IMG/VR virus record: IMGVR_UViG_3300045988_165550
Span: 40,311-104,310 of that record
Origin: a virus
Length of the DNA: 64,000 nucleotides
Strand: one strand, 5' to 3'
The translations under genes were made by a program, and so were the position numbers. Shown here piece after piece: positions 37,397-47,282 of the stretch. Every line of letters begins with the position of its first letter. The stretch's first letter is position 1. A model generated the notes under the pieces. The model was not told the DNA's origin, made no database searches, and worked only from the letters and a program-made list of their open reading frames with translations.

Positions 37397-38503
37397 ATGG
37401 AAGCAAAGATAAACCTCACCATCCCGAAAAGCTGGAACCAATGCACCCCCACCCAGCTAGAGCAGATAGCCCTTATCATGCTGGAGCAGATAGAGAAATC
37501 CAAGGCAGACCGCTATCACCCTTTCGATATGCAGAAGGTGAAAGTAGCCGTCTTCTTTCTCTTTGCCGGGATAAGCATCAACACCTATCCCGACCCCCGT
37601 CTGCCCATCAATGAGCAGCACTACCTGGTAAGCATAGAGCCGCAAAAAAAGAGCCTCCTGAAGAAGTTCCTCTCCCTCTGCGCCACCGTTCCCAGCGATT
37701 CCGTCGCTGGTACCAAATCGGCTATCCACTTTCCCCTCTATCTTTGGCAGCTCAACTATTGGCTCTCCCCAAAAGCTAAGACCGATGATAAAACCTCCCC
37801 AGAGTACATCGCTCAGGGCGCAGGTCTTCTCGATTGGCTGGATGCAGATAGTGGCTATTTCCTCACCCGCTTCCCCTATCCGATTATCGGACAGAAAGCC
37901 AAGTGGTATCGTCGTGCAAAAGCCTTCCGTGGTCCGAACCCAGACCTCGATGGCTTCTCCTGGCAGCAATACCGTTTTGCCAGCGATATGATGCAGACCT
38001 ACACCCGTTTGGATAACAACCTGATAAAGATGAAGAAGATGAATAAATTCACCGAGGAACAACTCCAGACGCAAGCCCAGAGTGTAGCCAGCGCCAGAAA
38101 CATGTTCCTTGCCACCATCTTCAACACCACCACCCAGTACATCGACCCGGCAACAGGCATCACGAAATACGATTTTCACTACGAGTCAAAGCAGTTCACC
38201 GAGAACGCAGGTTATTTCGTCAAATATCCGGAAGCCAACTGGCAGGTCATCCTCTTCTGGTGGAGCGGCATCATGCACACCCTAGCCCGTCGCTACCCTC
38301 ACGTATTCAAGGTGCAGAAGGTAGATAATAAGAAGCCGCAAACCCCGATGGAAATCTACACCGCCACCACCGCTACGATGCAGAAGTATGCCGGCTTAAC
38401 GGAAGATCAGGTCAACACTCAATCCTATTCCCTCGTTCTCGAACACCTCGAAAGGTTATCGAAAGAGAATGAGGAAATGGAAAAGATGAGGAGAGAAAAA
38501 TGA
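37397..38503 (+). CDS. hypothetical protein
   Basis: 368-aa ORF starting 1 nt after the endolysin stop. It contains copy 3 of the 25-nt hairpin repeat. Confidence 0.6.
   Translation: MEAKINLTIPKSWNQCTPTQLEQIALIMLEQIEKSKADRYHPFDMQKVKVAVFFLFAGISINTYPDPRLPINEQHYLVSIEPQKKSLLKKFLSLCATVPSDSVAGTKSAIHFPLYLWQLNYWLSPKAKTDDKTSPEYIAQGAGLLDWLDADSGYFLTRFPYPIIGQKAKWYRRAKAFRGPNPDLDGFSWQQYRFASDMMQTYTRLDNNLIKMKKMNKFTEEQLQTQAQSVASARNMFLATIFNTTTQYIDPATGITKYDFHYESKQFTENAGYFVKYPEANWQVILFWWSGIMHTLARRYPHVFKVQKVDNKKPQTPMEIYTATTATMQKYAGLTEDQVNTQSYSLVLEHLERLSKENEEMEKMRREK
37687..37711 (+). repeat. 25-nt hairpin repeat, copy 3 (inside a CDS)
   Basis: cgttcccagcgattccgtcgctggt, translated as TVPSDSVAG. Confidence 0.85.
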
Positions 38504-38525
38504 TGATTATAAAAACAATAAGATT

Positions 38526-38897
38526 ATGGAAAGAAACAACCGACTGCCTAACGTGATATTCTTATCACCAAAGGCTTCTGAGATGATAGAAAGTTTGACA
38601 ACAGAAGATGTAGTTTGTCTTGAGAATGAAGCAAATGGCATAAGCATCAAAAATGCGTCTTTTTGTGATGCCGACACGGATGAAACAGCAGAATATCGCA
38701 ACATTATTCAACTATGGCACCCAGCCGAAGAGAAACCGCATTGCATAGGGTCGCTTCTTTGTTGGCGACGCGATGGCACTCATTTTGTGCATGAACATTT
38801 CTCCCACGACGAACAGAACTGGCGAATGTTTATTAGCGAATACGACGTGAAGTGTTATTGTTATATCGCCAACTTGGAGCCTGACTCGTTCTCTTGA
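38526..38897 (+). CDS. hypothetical protein
   Basis: 123-aa ORF. Confidence 0.45.
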   Translation: MERNNRLPNVIFLSPKASEMIESLTTEDVVCLENEANGISIKNASFCDADTDETAEYRNIIQLWHPAEEKPHCIGSLLCWRRDGTHFVHEHFSHDEQNWRMFISEYDVKCYCYIANLEPDSFS

Positions 38898-39051
38898 TTT
38901 GTATATGGTTAGACAACAGCCTTTGAATGTTTGTATGGGGGGGGTGGCCGTAACACTAAATACTCGATACGAACGTTTGTGTGTAGAGCATTTGATGTCT
39001 TTGGCTCATTTCCCAAGGACAGGAGTATTCATTGAGTATGATTAAAGATTC

Positions 39052-39360
39052 ATGAGTCATAATACATTAAAAATAGAGAAGGATAAATTCAGAGAACACT
39101 CTGTAATTTTATCCCGTTCAACCGTAAGTGATACGGTTGTAATCAAGTGTGGTTCAGAAAGCGTGTGTCTTGAGCAAGACGAATTTAAAGTGTTGGCACA
39201 TCTCATGTGCTACGATTTCTATACACGAGGTATGATCGAGGAAGCTCAAGAACATAGCCGGAATGATGTTCGTCCATATGATATATATTCTACTCCTGAT
39301 ATAGAAGGTTACGATGAGAAGATTAATTGGGATTTGGCTGTAGAAAATAACAGCAAATAA
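39052..39360 (+). CDS. hypothetical protein
   Basis: 102-aa ORF, more AT-rich than its neighbours by eye. Confidence 0.4.
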   Translation: MSHNTLKIEKDKFREHSVILSRSTVSDTVVIKCGSESVCLEQDEFKVLAHLMCYDFYTRGMIEEAQEHSRNDVRPYDIYSTPDIEGYDEKINWDLAVENNSK

Positions 39361-39499
39361 CATTATGATTTGTCCCCTCAAAAACTATAAAAAACCATAA
39401 CTTTACACTCAGAAACAAGAGAAATAGGTGTGCGTATATCGCCACCATTCTCTCTTTCAATCACATTCAGGATAACATATAAAAAAAAGAAACGCAAAA

Positions 39500-41317
39500 A
39501 TGGCAAGCAAAAACAAAAACAGAGTAACCACCCTGCAGCAGCTCCAAAATCGTAGTGAGGAACTGAAAGATGCAGGCTATGTAGCCGTTCGCCCCGATGC
39601 CTTTACACCGCTTAAAAATGGCGGCGGTAAAGTCTTCTCCTGGAATGACTACGTTCACGGCATGCTACTTACCACAGCCGGTATGTCGGCAAGCGGTGGC
39701 GACGCAGGCGGTTCCGCAGCACGTCAGCAAGTCTCCACTATCTTTGCATCAAGTGGCGGCGAGAACCTGGGCAAACCAAAAGGCGTAGGTACCGAAGGCT
39801 TAGGCTTTATGGAATGGGGTATGGCCAACCGACTGCCTAACCTTATCTGGATGCTCTCCCGTATGTCGCCTTTTACAGCAGCAGGAGTAGATTACATCAA
39901 GAAGATACTGGTAGGTCGTGGTCCCGCAGCCAAGTATCATTACACCCAGTATGTAGGCGGTAACATCACGGAGAAGTATATCCCCTACGAGAGTGCAGGA
40001 GTCCTGCTCCGCGGTCAGATTGCCGACCTCAAAGCCAAGGAAGAGGCAGCCGCCGAAGCCAAGCGACAGAACGAGCAGCAGAGCCAGAACGGGCAGTCTC
40101 AGCAGGAGGAGTCACCGTTCTCTGCGGTTCAATCGCAGGTCTTATCCTCCGATGAAGGTGAAAGCGAGGAGATGAAATCTCTGAAAGAAGCTCTCCGCAA
40201 ATGGGAAGAAACCAATGCCCAGCTTCGTGATTTCTTGGAAAACAACGACCTGATGCAGACCTTCCTCGACCTGGCAGGAGATATGGCTTTGATGTCGCAG
40301 TGCTTTGTAGAACTTCAGCTCAATCAGCGTTCCCTCGACGAGAACGGCAAAGCGGTTCCTACTGCCCAGTGGACCCCGAAGGTAATCGGTCTGAAGCACC
40401 GCAGCATCTTCACTACCCGACTGGAGCGCATGGACGAGAACTACCGCATCAACTATGCCTACGTGAGCAATCAATGGCTCGACCCTACCCAATACGTCGG
40501 CGTGCAGAAAGAGGAAGACCGCAAGATAGCTGCTATCCCCTATCTCCCTACCACATCAGCCGTAAAGGATTTGCAGCGCAATATCCGTGAGGCACGTCAG
40601 AAGCAGGTAAGCCGCAAGAAACGCCCTACCCGCTTCATCATGTCACCAAGAGATTTCGGCGGTCCCTACTATGCCGATGCCCTTTGGCACTCTATCTTTG
40701 CCGGCAGCATCTTTGAATATGCCTTTACTATCGTGGATGACCGCCTTACCCGAAAGCGCAACAGTAACATTATCGGTAGAGTGATCTATATCCATCAGGA
40801 CTATATCAACAAACTCTATCAGCAGCAGGGCGAGCAGAAGAAGAAAACCATCGGTGAGATTCAGAACGAAATCTTTACCTCTATTAACACATGGCTCTCT
40901 AACCCAGATAATGCTGGTCAGGCGCTCATCTCTTCTGCTTTCACGGGAAGCGACGGCAAGGAGCACAAAGCTTGGGAAATAGTGGAAATCGAAACCAAGG
41001 CAAATGATCAGGCAAATGCCGATAAGACCGAGTTGCAAGAAATAAGCAGTATCATTTTCTTTGCCATGGGTCTTGATGCAAAGCTCATCGGTAATACTCC
41101 TGGCGATACAGCATCATCGGGCGGTACCGACCTGAGAGAGCGTTTCCTGGTCAAGCAAATCCAGTTTGCCCCATTGCAGCAGTTGATGATACGCCCATTG
41201 GAAGTTTTGAGCCGCTTCAACGATTGGGATGAGCACCTGGTGTGGCAGATAGACCGAGAGGTATTAACCACCCTCGATAACTCGAAGACCGGAGTGGCAA
41301 AGCAGGAAAGCATTTAA
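39500..41317 (+). CDS. putative portal protein
   Basis: 605 aa, the first gene of the long late operon. The C-terminal block GGTDLRERFLVKQIQFAPLQQLMIRPLEVL resembles the conserved portal stem/wing helix region. The assignment is not certain. Confidence 0.5.
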   Translation: MASKNKNRVTTLQQLQNRSEELKDAGYVAVRPDAFTPLKNGGGKVFSWNDYVHGMLLTTAGMSASGGDAGGSAARQQVSTIFASSGGENLGKPKGVGTEGLGFMEWGMANRLPNLIWMLSRMSPFTAAGVDYIKKILVGRGPAAKYHYTQYVGGNITEKYIPYESAGVLLRGQIADLKAKEEAAAEAKRQNEQQSQNGQSQQEESPFSAVQSQVLSSDEGESEEMKSLKEALRKWEETNAQLRDFLENNDLMQTFLDLAGDMALMSQCFVELQLNQRSLDENGKAVPTAQWTPKVIGLKHRSIFTTRLERMDENYRINYAYVSNQWLDPTQYVGVQKEEDRKIAAIPYLPTTSAVKDLQRNIREARQKQVSRKKRPTRFIMSPRDFGGPYYADALWHSIFAGSIFEYAFTIVDDRLTRKRNSNIIGRVIYIHQDYINKLYQQQGEQKKKTIGEIQNEIFTSINTWLSNPDNAGQALISSAFTGSDGKEHKAWEIVEIETKANDQANADKTELQEISSIIFFAMGLDAKLIGNTPGDTASSGGTDLRERFLVKQIQFAPLQQLMIRPLEVLSRFNDWDEHLVWQIDREVLTTLDNSKTGVAKQESI

Positions 41318-41340
41318 TTATAAACTATAAATTATAAATT
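41313..41340 (+). repeat. heptad array x4 abutting a start codon
   Basis: tttaatt ataaact ataaatt ataaatt, followed directly by ATG 41341. Confidence 0.75.
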
Positions 41341-42516
41341 ATGATTATTTCCACCAACCAAGAATTGCGTTTGCACGTTCCAAGCAACGCAATCGACGAT
41401 ATAGCCACCATCCAGGGCATACTGGATAATAGCGAAAAAGATGTGCTGAAGGATAAGCTCGGCGCATCACTCTACAACCGCCTGTGTGAGGAATACAAGA
41501 AGCTCGACCCGCTCGATTTCTACAACCACGTGCAGGATGGTACCTATATCCAATATCCATGGGAAGAGCTTCTGCTGAATGCCCAGCGTGTAGTGGCTAA
41601 CGAGGCGATGGCCCGCTTCGCCTATCAGCAGATTATCTCCATCAATGGTGCAGGAGTTAATATTGCTTCCAGCAACGACTATGATGCAGCCAGTGAAAAG
41701 CTGTTGGATAAAGGTGTAGCCGGATATAAGAAGGAAGCCCTGGTTTCCCTCAACAACCTTCTGCTCATGCTCGAAAACATGGCGAAGATGGCGAATACTC
41801 CGGCGGAAATCGTAGGCACGGATAACACGGATAGTGCAGATTCAGAAAGCCCCGAAGTACCAAAGGACGAAAGTACTGACGTACCAAAGGACGATAGCAC
41901 GAAAGGAGATGGCGATACAGAAGACCCTTCAACTCAGCCTACCAAGGAAGAAATTCACGCCGCCCTAGAGGATATTATCCTCCTGTGGCAGGAGAGCCGA
42001 TATTACTATCTGCATCATGATCTCCTTATTCCGACCTGCGAAATCATGCAGCAGTATCTCGACATCTACGATAGTCGGGATAAGTTCATTCGTCTCATCC
42101 CCGATATGCTTTTCATTCAGAGTGAATATCTGGAAGAAGCGTTTGGCGAAGATTTTATTCCTCGTCTCTTGCAGGCCGACGAGAACGACAAGATGCTGAA
42201 GAAGGCACGCCAGCTTGTAGTGGCTTATCTCAAGGAGCGTACATCGGTTATCAGTTTTGATAAGCTGACTCGCTCCACGGCGCACAATGATTCCATTACC
42301 GTAAGGGAAAGCATTCATCGGTTGCTGAAGAAAGAGGAAGCCGAAGCGCAAGCGAAACTCGATGCAGCCAAAGCTGATAGCGCCACAGAAGGCGGCTCCT
42401 CCTCATCGACGAGTAACGCCTCCAGTGCTTCATCATCGAATGACAAGGGCGGCAGCGAAGGCTACAACAACAACCAAAAAGGTTCTCGTATCTTCGTAAC
42501 CCCTATTCTGTGCTAA
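41341..42516 (+). CDS. hypothetical virion-module protein with acidic and Ser-rich low-complexity regions
   Basis: 391-aa ORF. Confidence 0.55.
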   Translation: MIISTNQELRLHVPSNAIDDIATIQGILDNSEKDVLKDKLGASLYNRLCEEYKKLDPLDFYNHVQDGTYIQYPWEELLLNAQRVVANEAMARFAYQQIISINGAGVNIASSNDYDAASEKLLDKGVAGYKKEALVSLNNLLLMLENMAKMANTPAEIVGTDNTDSADSESPEVPKDESTDVPKDDSTKGDGDTEDPSTQPTKEEIHAALEDIILLWQESRYYYLHHDLLIPTCEIMQQYLDIYDSRDKFIRLIPDMLFIQSEYLEEAFGEDFIPRLLQADENDKMLKKARQLVVAYLKERTSVISFDKLTRSTAHNDSITVRESIHRLLKKEEAEAQAKLDAAKADSATEGGSSSSTSNASSASSSNDKGGSEGYNNNQKGSRIFVTPILC

Positions 42517-42558
42517 AAATATTCTTAATTTTCAAATAAACAACAAAAACAAGGATTT

Positions 42559-43674
42559 ATGGAAAATTTATCATTACAGGAAATCATCAACATTTTGAAA
42601 CCTGCCATCGGTGCAAGAATGCTTACCCAGGAGCAGAAAGATGCCTATGAGCAGGGATTGTCTCTCCTGGAAGGTGCAAGTAATGCACACTCGTTTATCG
42701 AGAACTCACGTAAGTTTAAAGACTATCATCGCCGTACCCGACAGATGATCGCCTATCTGAATAGCTACAGCAGCTCTCAAGCCAACGCTGCATCATCATC
42801 TGCTGCCGACAAGCGACGTGTAGGTCGCCCAACCAAACAGGAACAGGAAGCCTATGCCGAACTTCAGAAAAAGAAAGCCATGGAAGAGGCGAAGCAGTCT
42901 CTCTTTCCTAATCTGAAGCCCGACACCACCGTGCAGCCGCTTACCTATAATGGTATCGTAGCCAACCCTAACGGCGAAAGTATCGCTGCTACCATGCCCA
43001 ACCTGATGCAGTTGCGTCCGTTCCTCTCTACTGCCCTTCAGGAGCAGGTGAACACCGTGCGTGACCTTCGTAGCGAGATGGCAAGCAAGGCAGAGCAGGC
43101 GAAGACCATGGCAGAAGCCAACGAGAAAGCTATCTCGCAGGGTAAAAGCGCCATCTATACCGAGGCTGAGATTGCCGAATTCGCCACAAGAGCCGTAGAA
43201 ATCGAAAGCGATATTCTTCCGGAAATCTTTAAGGCTGTAGATAGAGAGATGGGCGAATGCTATCTGAGACTGAGCGAGAAGACTGGAGACCCTGAATACA
43301 TCGCTTACGCAAAGAAGGCCTTCACCATCGACCCTCAGACTCTCCGCACTCAGTTTAAGCCATTCTATGAAAAGGCATTAGCACGCGACCCTCTTTTTGC
43401 CGAGCAGGTAGCCGAGAAGATTGCCAACGACCGCCCAGAAGTAAAGGCAGCTCGTGATGCAGCCGCCAAGCACAAGGCTGAAGCCGATGCTCGCATCAAG
43501 TATATCCTTCGTAAGGATAAGCTATCTACCCAGACGAGAGTGAAAGGCATCAAGGAGCGCATAGACCAACTTCGCCAGGATTACTCTGACATCGTGACCG
43601 AAGAGGAGCTTTCCGGTTATGAAGCTATTCTCACAAAAACTATAGAAGAAGCCAAAGAGGATTCCGAAGCATAA
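42559..43674 (+). CDS. hypothetical protein
   Basis: 371-aa ORF. Confidence 0.55.
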   Translation: MENLSLQEIINILKPAIGARMLTQEQKDAYEQGLSLLEGASNAHSFIENSRKFKDYHRRTRQMIAYLNSYSSSQANAASSSAADKRRVGRPTKQEQEAYAELQKKKAMEEAKQSLFPNLKPDTTVQPLTYNGIVANPNGESIAATMPNLMQLRPFLSTALQEQVNTVRDLRSEMASKAEQAKTMAEANEKAISQGKSAIYTEAEIAEFATRAVEIESDILPEIFKAVDREMGECYLRLSEKTGDPEYIAYAKKAFTIDPQTLRTQFKPFYEKALARDPLFAEQVAEKIANDRPEVKAARDAAAKHKAEADARIKYILRKDKLSTQTRVKGIKERIDQLRQDYSDIVTEEELSGYEAILTKTIEEAKEDSEA

Positions 43675-43678
43675 AAAA

Positions 43679-44332
43679 ATGACAAAGAATAAAGAAACCC
43701 CAGAACAGCGCACGCAGCGTTTTAAGACCCTGTGCGTCCATATCCTCTCCCAGAGCGGTAACTGCCAGGAATCTCAGCATGCTTTCAAAAGCACGCAGAG
43801 CATTCCCGAAATGTGCGAGGCGTGGCGCAAGTACTGGCACGGCTTAATCACCGAGGTTCCGCAGCAGGTAATCGATGCTTTCAAAGCCGTATATCCGGAG
43901 TTTAAGGCAGATATTAACCAGGGCGGTATCTTCTATAATGAAGACTCGCCTACAGGTACCGTCCTTGTGGGTGATGCAGACGAGGAAATCCACCTCTACT
44001 CTTCCCGAAAGATATACGTCCTCGGCAAGGCGCACGTCATTCTCCATAATGCGGCTACCGCCATCGTGATGAATGAAGGCTGTAAGATAGAGTTATTGGA
44101 TGGCAGCAAGGCAACCATCAAGGCAGGTTACGGAATCGCCCGGAATTATGCCCATCTGGTAACTTGCCAGGAAGCGGAATGCTACGACCAGAGTGTAGCC
44201 TTCATTACCGATGGCACCCTTCACGACCATGGGCATCAGAAGATCAATGCCTTTGGTACGGCAATGATAGATACCTTTACCCATCGCCTCATAGATTTAT
44301 ATGATAGCGCCAGGATAGAAATCAGAAAGTAA
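43679..44332 (+). CDS. hypothetical protein, beta-helix-like repeats in the C-half
   Basis: 217-aa ORF, 4 nt after the previous stop. Confidence 0.55.
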   Translation: MTKNKETPEQRTQRFKTLCVHILSQSGNCQESQHAFKSTQSIPEMCEAWRKYWHGLITEVPQQVIDAFKAVYPEFKADINQGGIFYNEDSPTGTVLVGDADEEIHLYSSRKIYVLGKAHVILHNAATAIVMNEGCKIELLDGSKATIKAGYGIARNYAHLVTCQEAECYDQSVAFITDGTLHDHGHQKINAFGTAMIDTFTHRLIDLYDSARIEIRK

Positions 44333-44356
44333 ATATCAGAAAATAGAAATCAGAAA

Positions 44357-47263
44357 ATGAACTCACATCTCTCTATATTAATCAATGATAAGCCTGTGGC
44401 GCTCCCCGATGATTTCTCTATAGATATAGAGGATCAGAACCCGGTATTCAACGATACGGAAATGTTCTCCTATCCCTTCTCTATCCCGCTAGACGGCAAC
44501 CGCTGGCTAGTAAAGAACATCGAAGACGTTCACGCTGCTATGAAAGCCGTGAACATGGAGCACCTGCCTGTCAGAATCAATGCCGACGGATTGCCATTCC
44601 GCAGCGGTACCCTGGTTATGCAGGATGGTGAAGAGATAACCAATTCTCTCTCTATGAGCATCGATGCCAGCACGCAGAGTTTCAGCGAACTTATCAGCGA
44701 CCTGCAATGCCGTGATATTCCGGTAAAGGACCAGCTTATCATCGGTGAGAAAATTGGTAATGTGAGGGTGGATATTTGGAGTAACCCGGTAGTAAAAGTC
44801 AACCTCCATTCCGATGGTAAGAAAGGTGGAAAGAATGCCACCGCCACCGTTACGACCGACCCATTGAGAGCTAGTAAGGTGCTGGAACCACAGGCACTCG
44901 GTTTCTCCTATCCCGCAAGCTGCAAGGAATATACCTCTACTGATACGGCACACTATATCGGCGATGCCTACAACAAGAGTAAGAAATCTTATTCTTCTGG
45001 TGCGATAACAATCAATGTACCGCAAGAGACTGCCAACGGCAACTATATTAATACCTCGGCAGCCTATGACGAGACGGATGGCGCTGGCAGACCTGCTACC
45101 TACTGCAATGCCCGAATCTGTTACAAGCATCATGCCCTGGATGATGAAGGGAATACATCGAGTGACCTCATCAAAATGGATAAGTGCTCATGGACGAATG
45201 AAGACCTCTATCCTTACTGGGTGTTGGATGCCAAACGTCCGCAATCGGGCATCTGCTTCTATGTACTCTATTTCCTCGACTGCCTCTTTACCTATTTGGG
45301 TGTCACCTTCGATAAGGATGCGCTGATGGAGATAGAAGACTTGAAGCATCTCTGTTTTTTCACTACCGTTTGCAGTTATGATACCCTCGAGCATCCACAC
45401 CACGGTAGTTATTACACTGCGAGTGAAATTCAGAAAGCAAAGGACATCGTGAATAAAGAGGGCTACGTAAAAGGCTCGAATCCTGAGATGGAAATCGTGG
45501 CTGCTAAATCCGTAGGCGAAATCAAGACGGGCTTCTTTAAGGATCAGAAGCATATCAATTCCTGGTTGGAGAGCCGTGGCTGCGGCGGTCAGATTGAAAT
45601 CACCAAGGCAGAAGATAAGGACGTGCAGGAACTCGACCTTACGCTGACTGAAAACGGTGTGGCTACCACCCGCCATATCCAGGTGGGCGAGGTAGTTGCT
45701 TTTCCTCCTGGCAAGGGAATGAAAGTAACAGGTATCACCATCGAATCGAATATCAAGAAGTTTGAGGTGCAGGCAAACGTGCTCTATATGGTTGCCAACA
45801 GCGAGAATTTCCCTGACGAGAGCGTGAGCACTGTCATCTCTTCTCTAGAAAACGCATTCGGTATCAAGTTCTCCTACGATTACGAGCAGAAGAAGGTCAC
45901 GGCTTATCTCACTCGCGACGTGATGCGAAAGAGCGGCAGAAAGACTAGGGATTTCCACTGCGAAATCCATTCGATGATTCCGATGACCGAGAAGATTACT
46001 GGTGTGCGTATGCGCTATTCAGCCGAGGAGGATGCTAAGGAACAGAAGAGTTATGTGCGCAACGCCAAAGGCGAATTAAAGGATTCCAGCTACGATACCG
46101 ATTACAACTTCATCGACTATCCACTGCCCGATGGCGACACCAGCAAGATGGGTAGAACCGTCACCGATATGAAGTACATTGAGTTCTTCCATAACATCCA
46201 TAACCCTGGTGATAAAAACTGCTACATCGACCGCAACACCGGCAATGCCTATTGTGTAAAGGTCAACAAGGAGGCAAAGACTTCCAACGAGTTAAAGCCA
46301 GTACTCTTCGAGGTAGGTCAGTTCAAGGGTGTGGAATATGGAGATTGCAGTGAGGAGAATGAAGATTTCATACACGATATTTCCATTGATTTCACTCCAG
46401 TACCTTTCAATGATGTGAATTATTTCAAGGAGGTAAAGGCAGCCTATGGTTCGCATACAGGTGACGTGACTGACTTTGAAGGCAAGCCTTTGCTAAAAAG
46501 TGTAGTGCAGATTACAGAGGCTCAGCAGCCCATCCTCTGCGCTTATGTAGATGAGGATATGGAGCACGAGTTTGTAGAGCAGGAAATCAACCAGGTTATC
46601 TCCTCTGCCTTCTGCAATTACTATATGAAGCAGAAACTGAAGCTCGTGGAAAGCTACGACCCTTCTGGCACGGATGATGGCAACTCACCGTTGCAGGATA
46701 AATCACGATGGGGCTTTGCCCTGGCATTAATGCGTGGTGGCGGTAGCGATGCCACCCTGCAACCCTACGATTATAACTACGACCATTTCGGCACGTCAAA
46801 ATGGCGAACCAATGCGGGACAGTATGCCCTGGCTTGCGACTCGCTGGATATGATGGGCAATGTGTTTGATTATAATGGTGTGCAGGAAGGTGTAGGCACC
46901 GGCGAACGTTTCTCGCTGAAGATACGTGCTTTCAAGGAACCATCGTGGCTGAAAGATCCGAAGTATAAGGATTTGGTACTCTGCAATGCCGATGAAGTAG
47001 ATGAGAACGGCAAGGTGGTGACTAAAATCCGCTCCCGTGGCTTATTTGATACCTTCATTCTCCCATACGCCTATTTCCTTCTGAACAGAAAGAAGTTTAT
47101 GGTGAGATGTACCACCACCGTAGCGCAAGTGGCCGATATACCGAATCACTGGCAGGATTGGTGGAATATAGGTGGCATGAAATGCCTCATAGACAAGGTG
47201 AATACTACCATTGATGCCAAGACAGGCATGGGCGAAGTAGAGTTAACGGTATACGCTTTATAA
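44357..47263 (+). CDS. large tail/baseplate structural protein
   Basis: 968-aa ORF in the late operon. No enzymatic motif recognised. Confidence 0.55.
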   Translation: MNSHLSILINDKPVALPDDFSIDIEDQNPVFNDTEMFSYPFSIPLDGNRWLVKNIEDVHAAMKAVNMEHLPVRINADGLPFRSGTLVMQDGEEITNSLSMSIDASTQSFSELISDLQCRDIPVKDQLIIGEKIGNVRVDIWSNPVVKVNLHSDGKKGGKNATATVTTDPLRASKVLEPQALGFSYPASCKEYTSTDTAHYIGDAYNKSKKSYSSGAITINVPQETANGNYINTSAAYDETDGAGRPATYCNARICYKHHALDDEGNTSSDLIKMDKCSWTNEDLYPYWVLDAKRPQSGICFYVLYFLDCLFTYLGVTFDKDALMEIEDLKHLCFFTTVCSYDTLEHPHHGSYYTASEIQKAKDIVNKEGYVKGSNPEMEIVAAKSVGEIKTGFFKDQKHINSWLESRGCGGQIEITKAEDKDVQELDLTLTENGVATTRHIQVGEVVAFPPGKGMKVTGITIESNIKKFEVQANVLYMVANSENFPDESVSTVISSLENAFGIKFSYDYEQKKVTAYLTRDVMRKSGRKTRDFHCEIHSMIPMTEKITGVRMRYSAEEDAKEQKSYVRNAKGELKDSSYDTDYNFIDYPLPDGDTSKMGRTVTDMKYIEFFHNIHNPGDKNCYIDRNTGNAYCVKVNKEAKTSNELKPVLFEVGQFKGVEYGDCSEENEDFIHDISIDFTPVPFNDVNYFKEVKAAYGSHTGDVTDFEGKPLLKSVVQITEAQQPILCAYVDEDMEHEFVEQEINQVISSAFCNYYMKQKLKLVESYDPSGTDDGNSPLQDKSRWGFALALMRGGGSDATLQPYDYNYDHFGTSKWRTNAGQYALACDSLDMMGNVFDYNGVQEGVGTGERFSLKIRAFKEPSWLKDPKYKDLVLCNADEVDENGKVVTKIRSRGLFDTFILPYAYFLLNRKKFMVRCTTTVAQVADIPNHWQDWWNIGGMKCLIDKVNTTIDAKTGMGEVELTVYAL

Positions 47264-47282
47264 CATAAAAAACAAAATAAAA

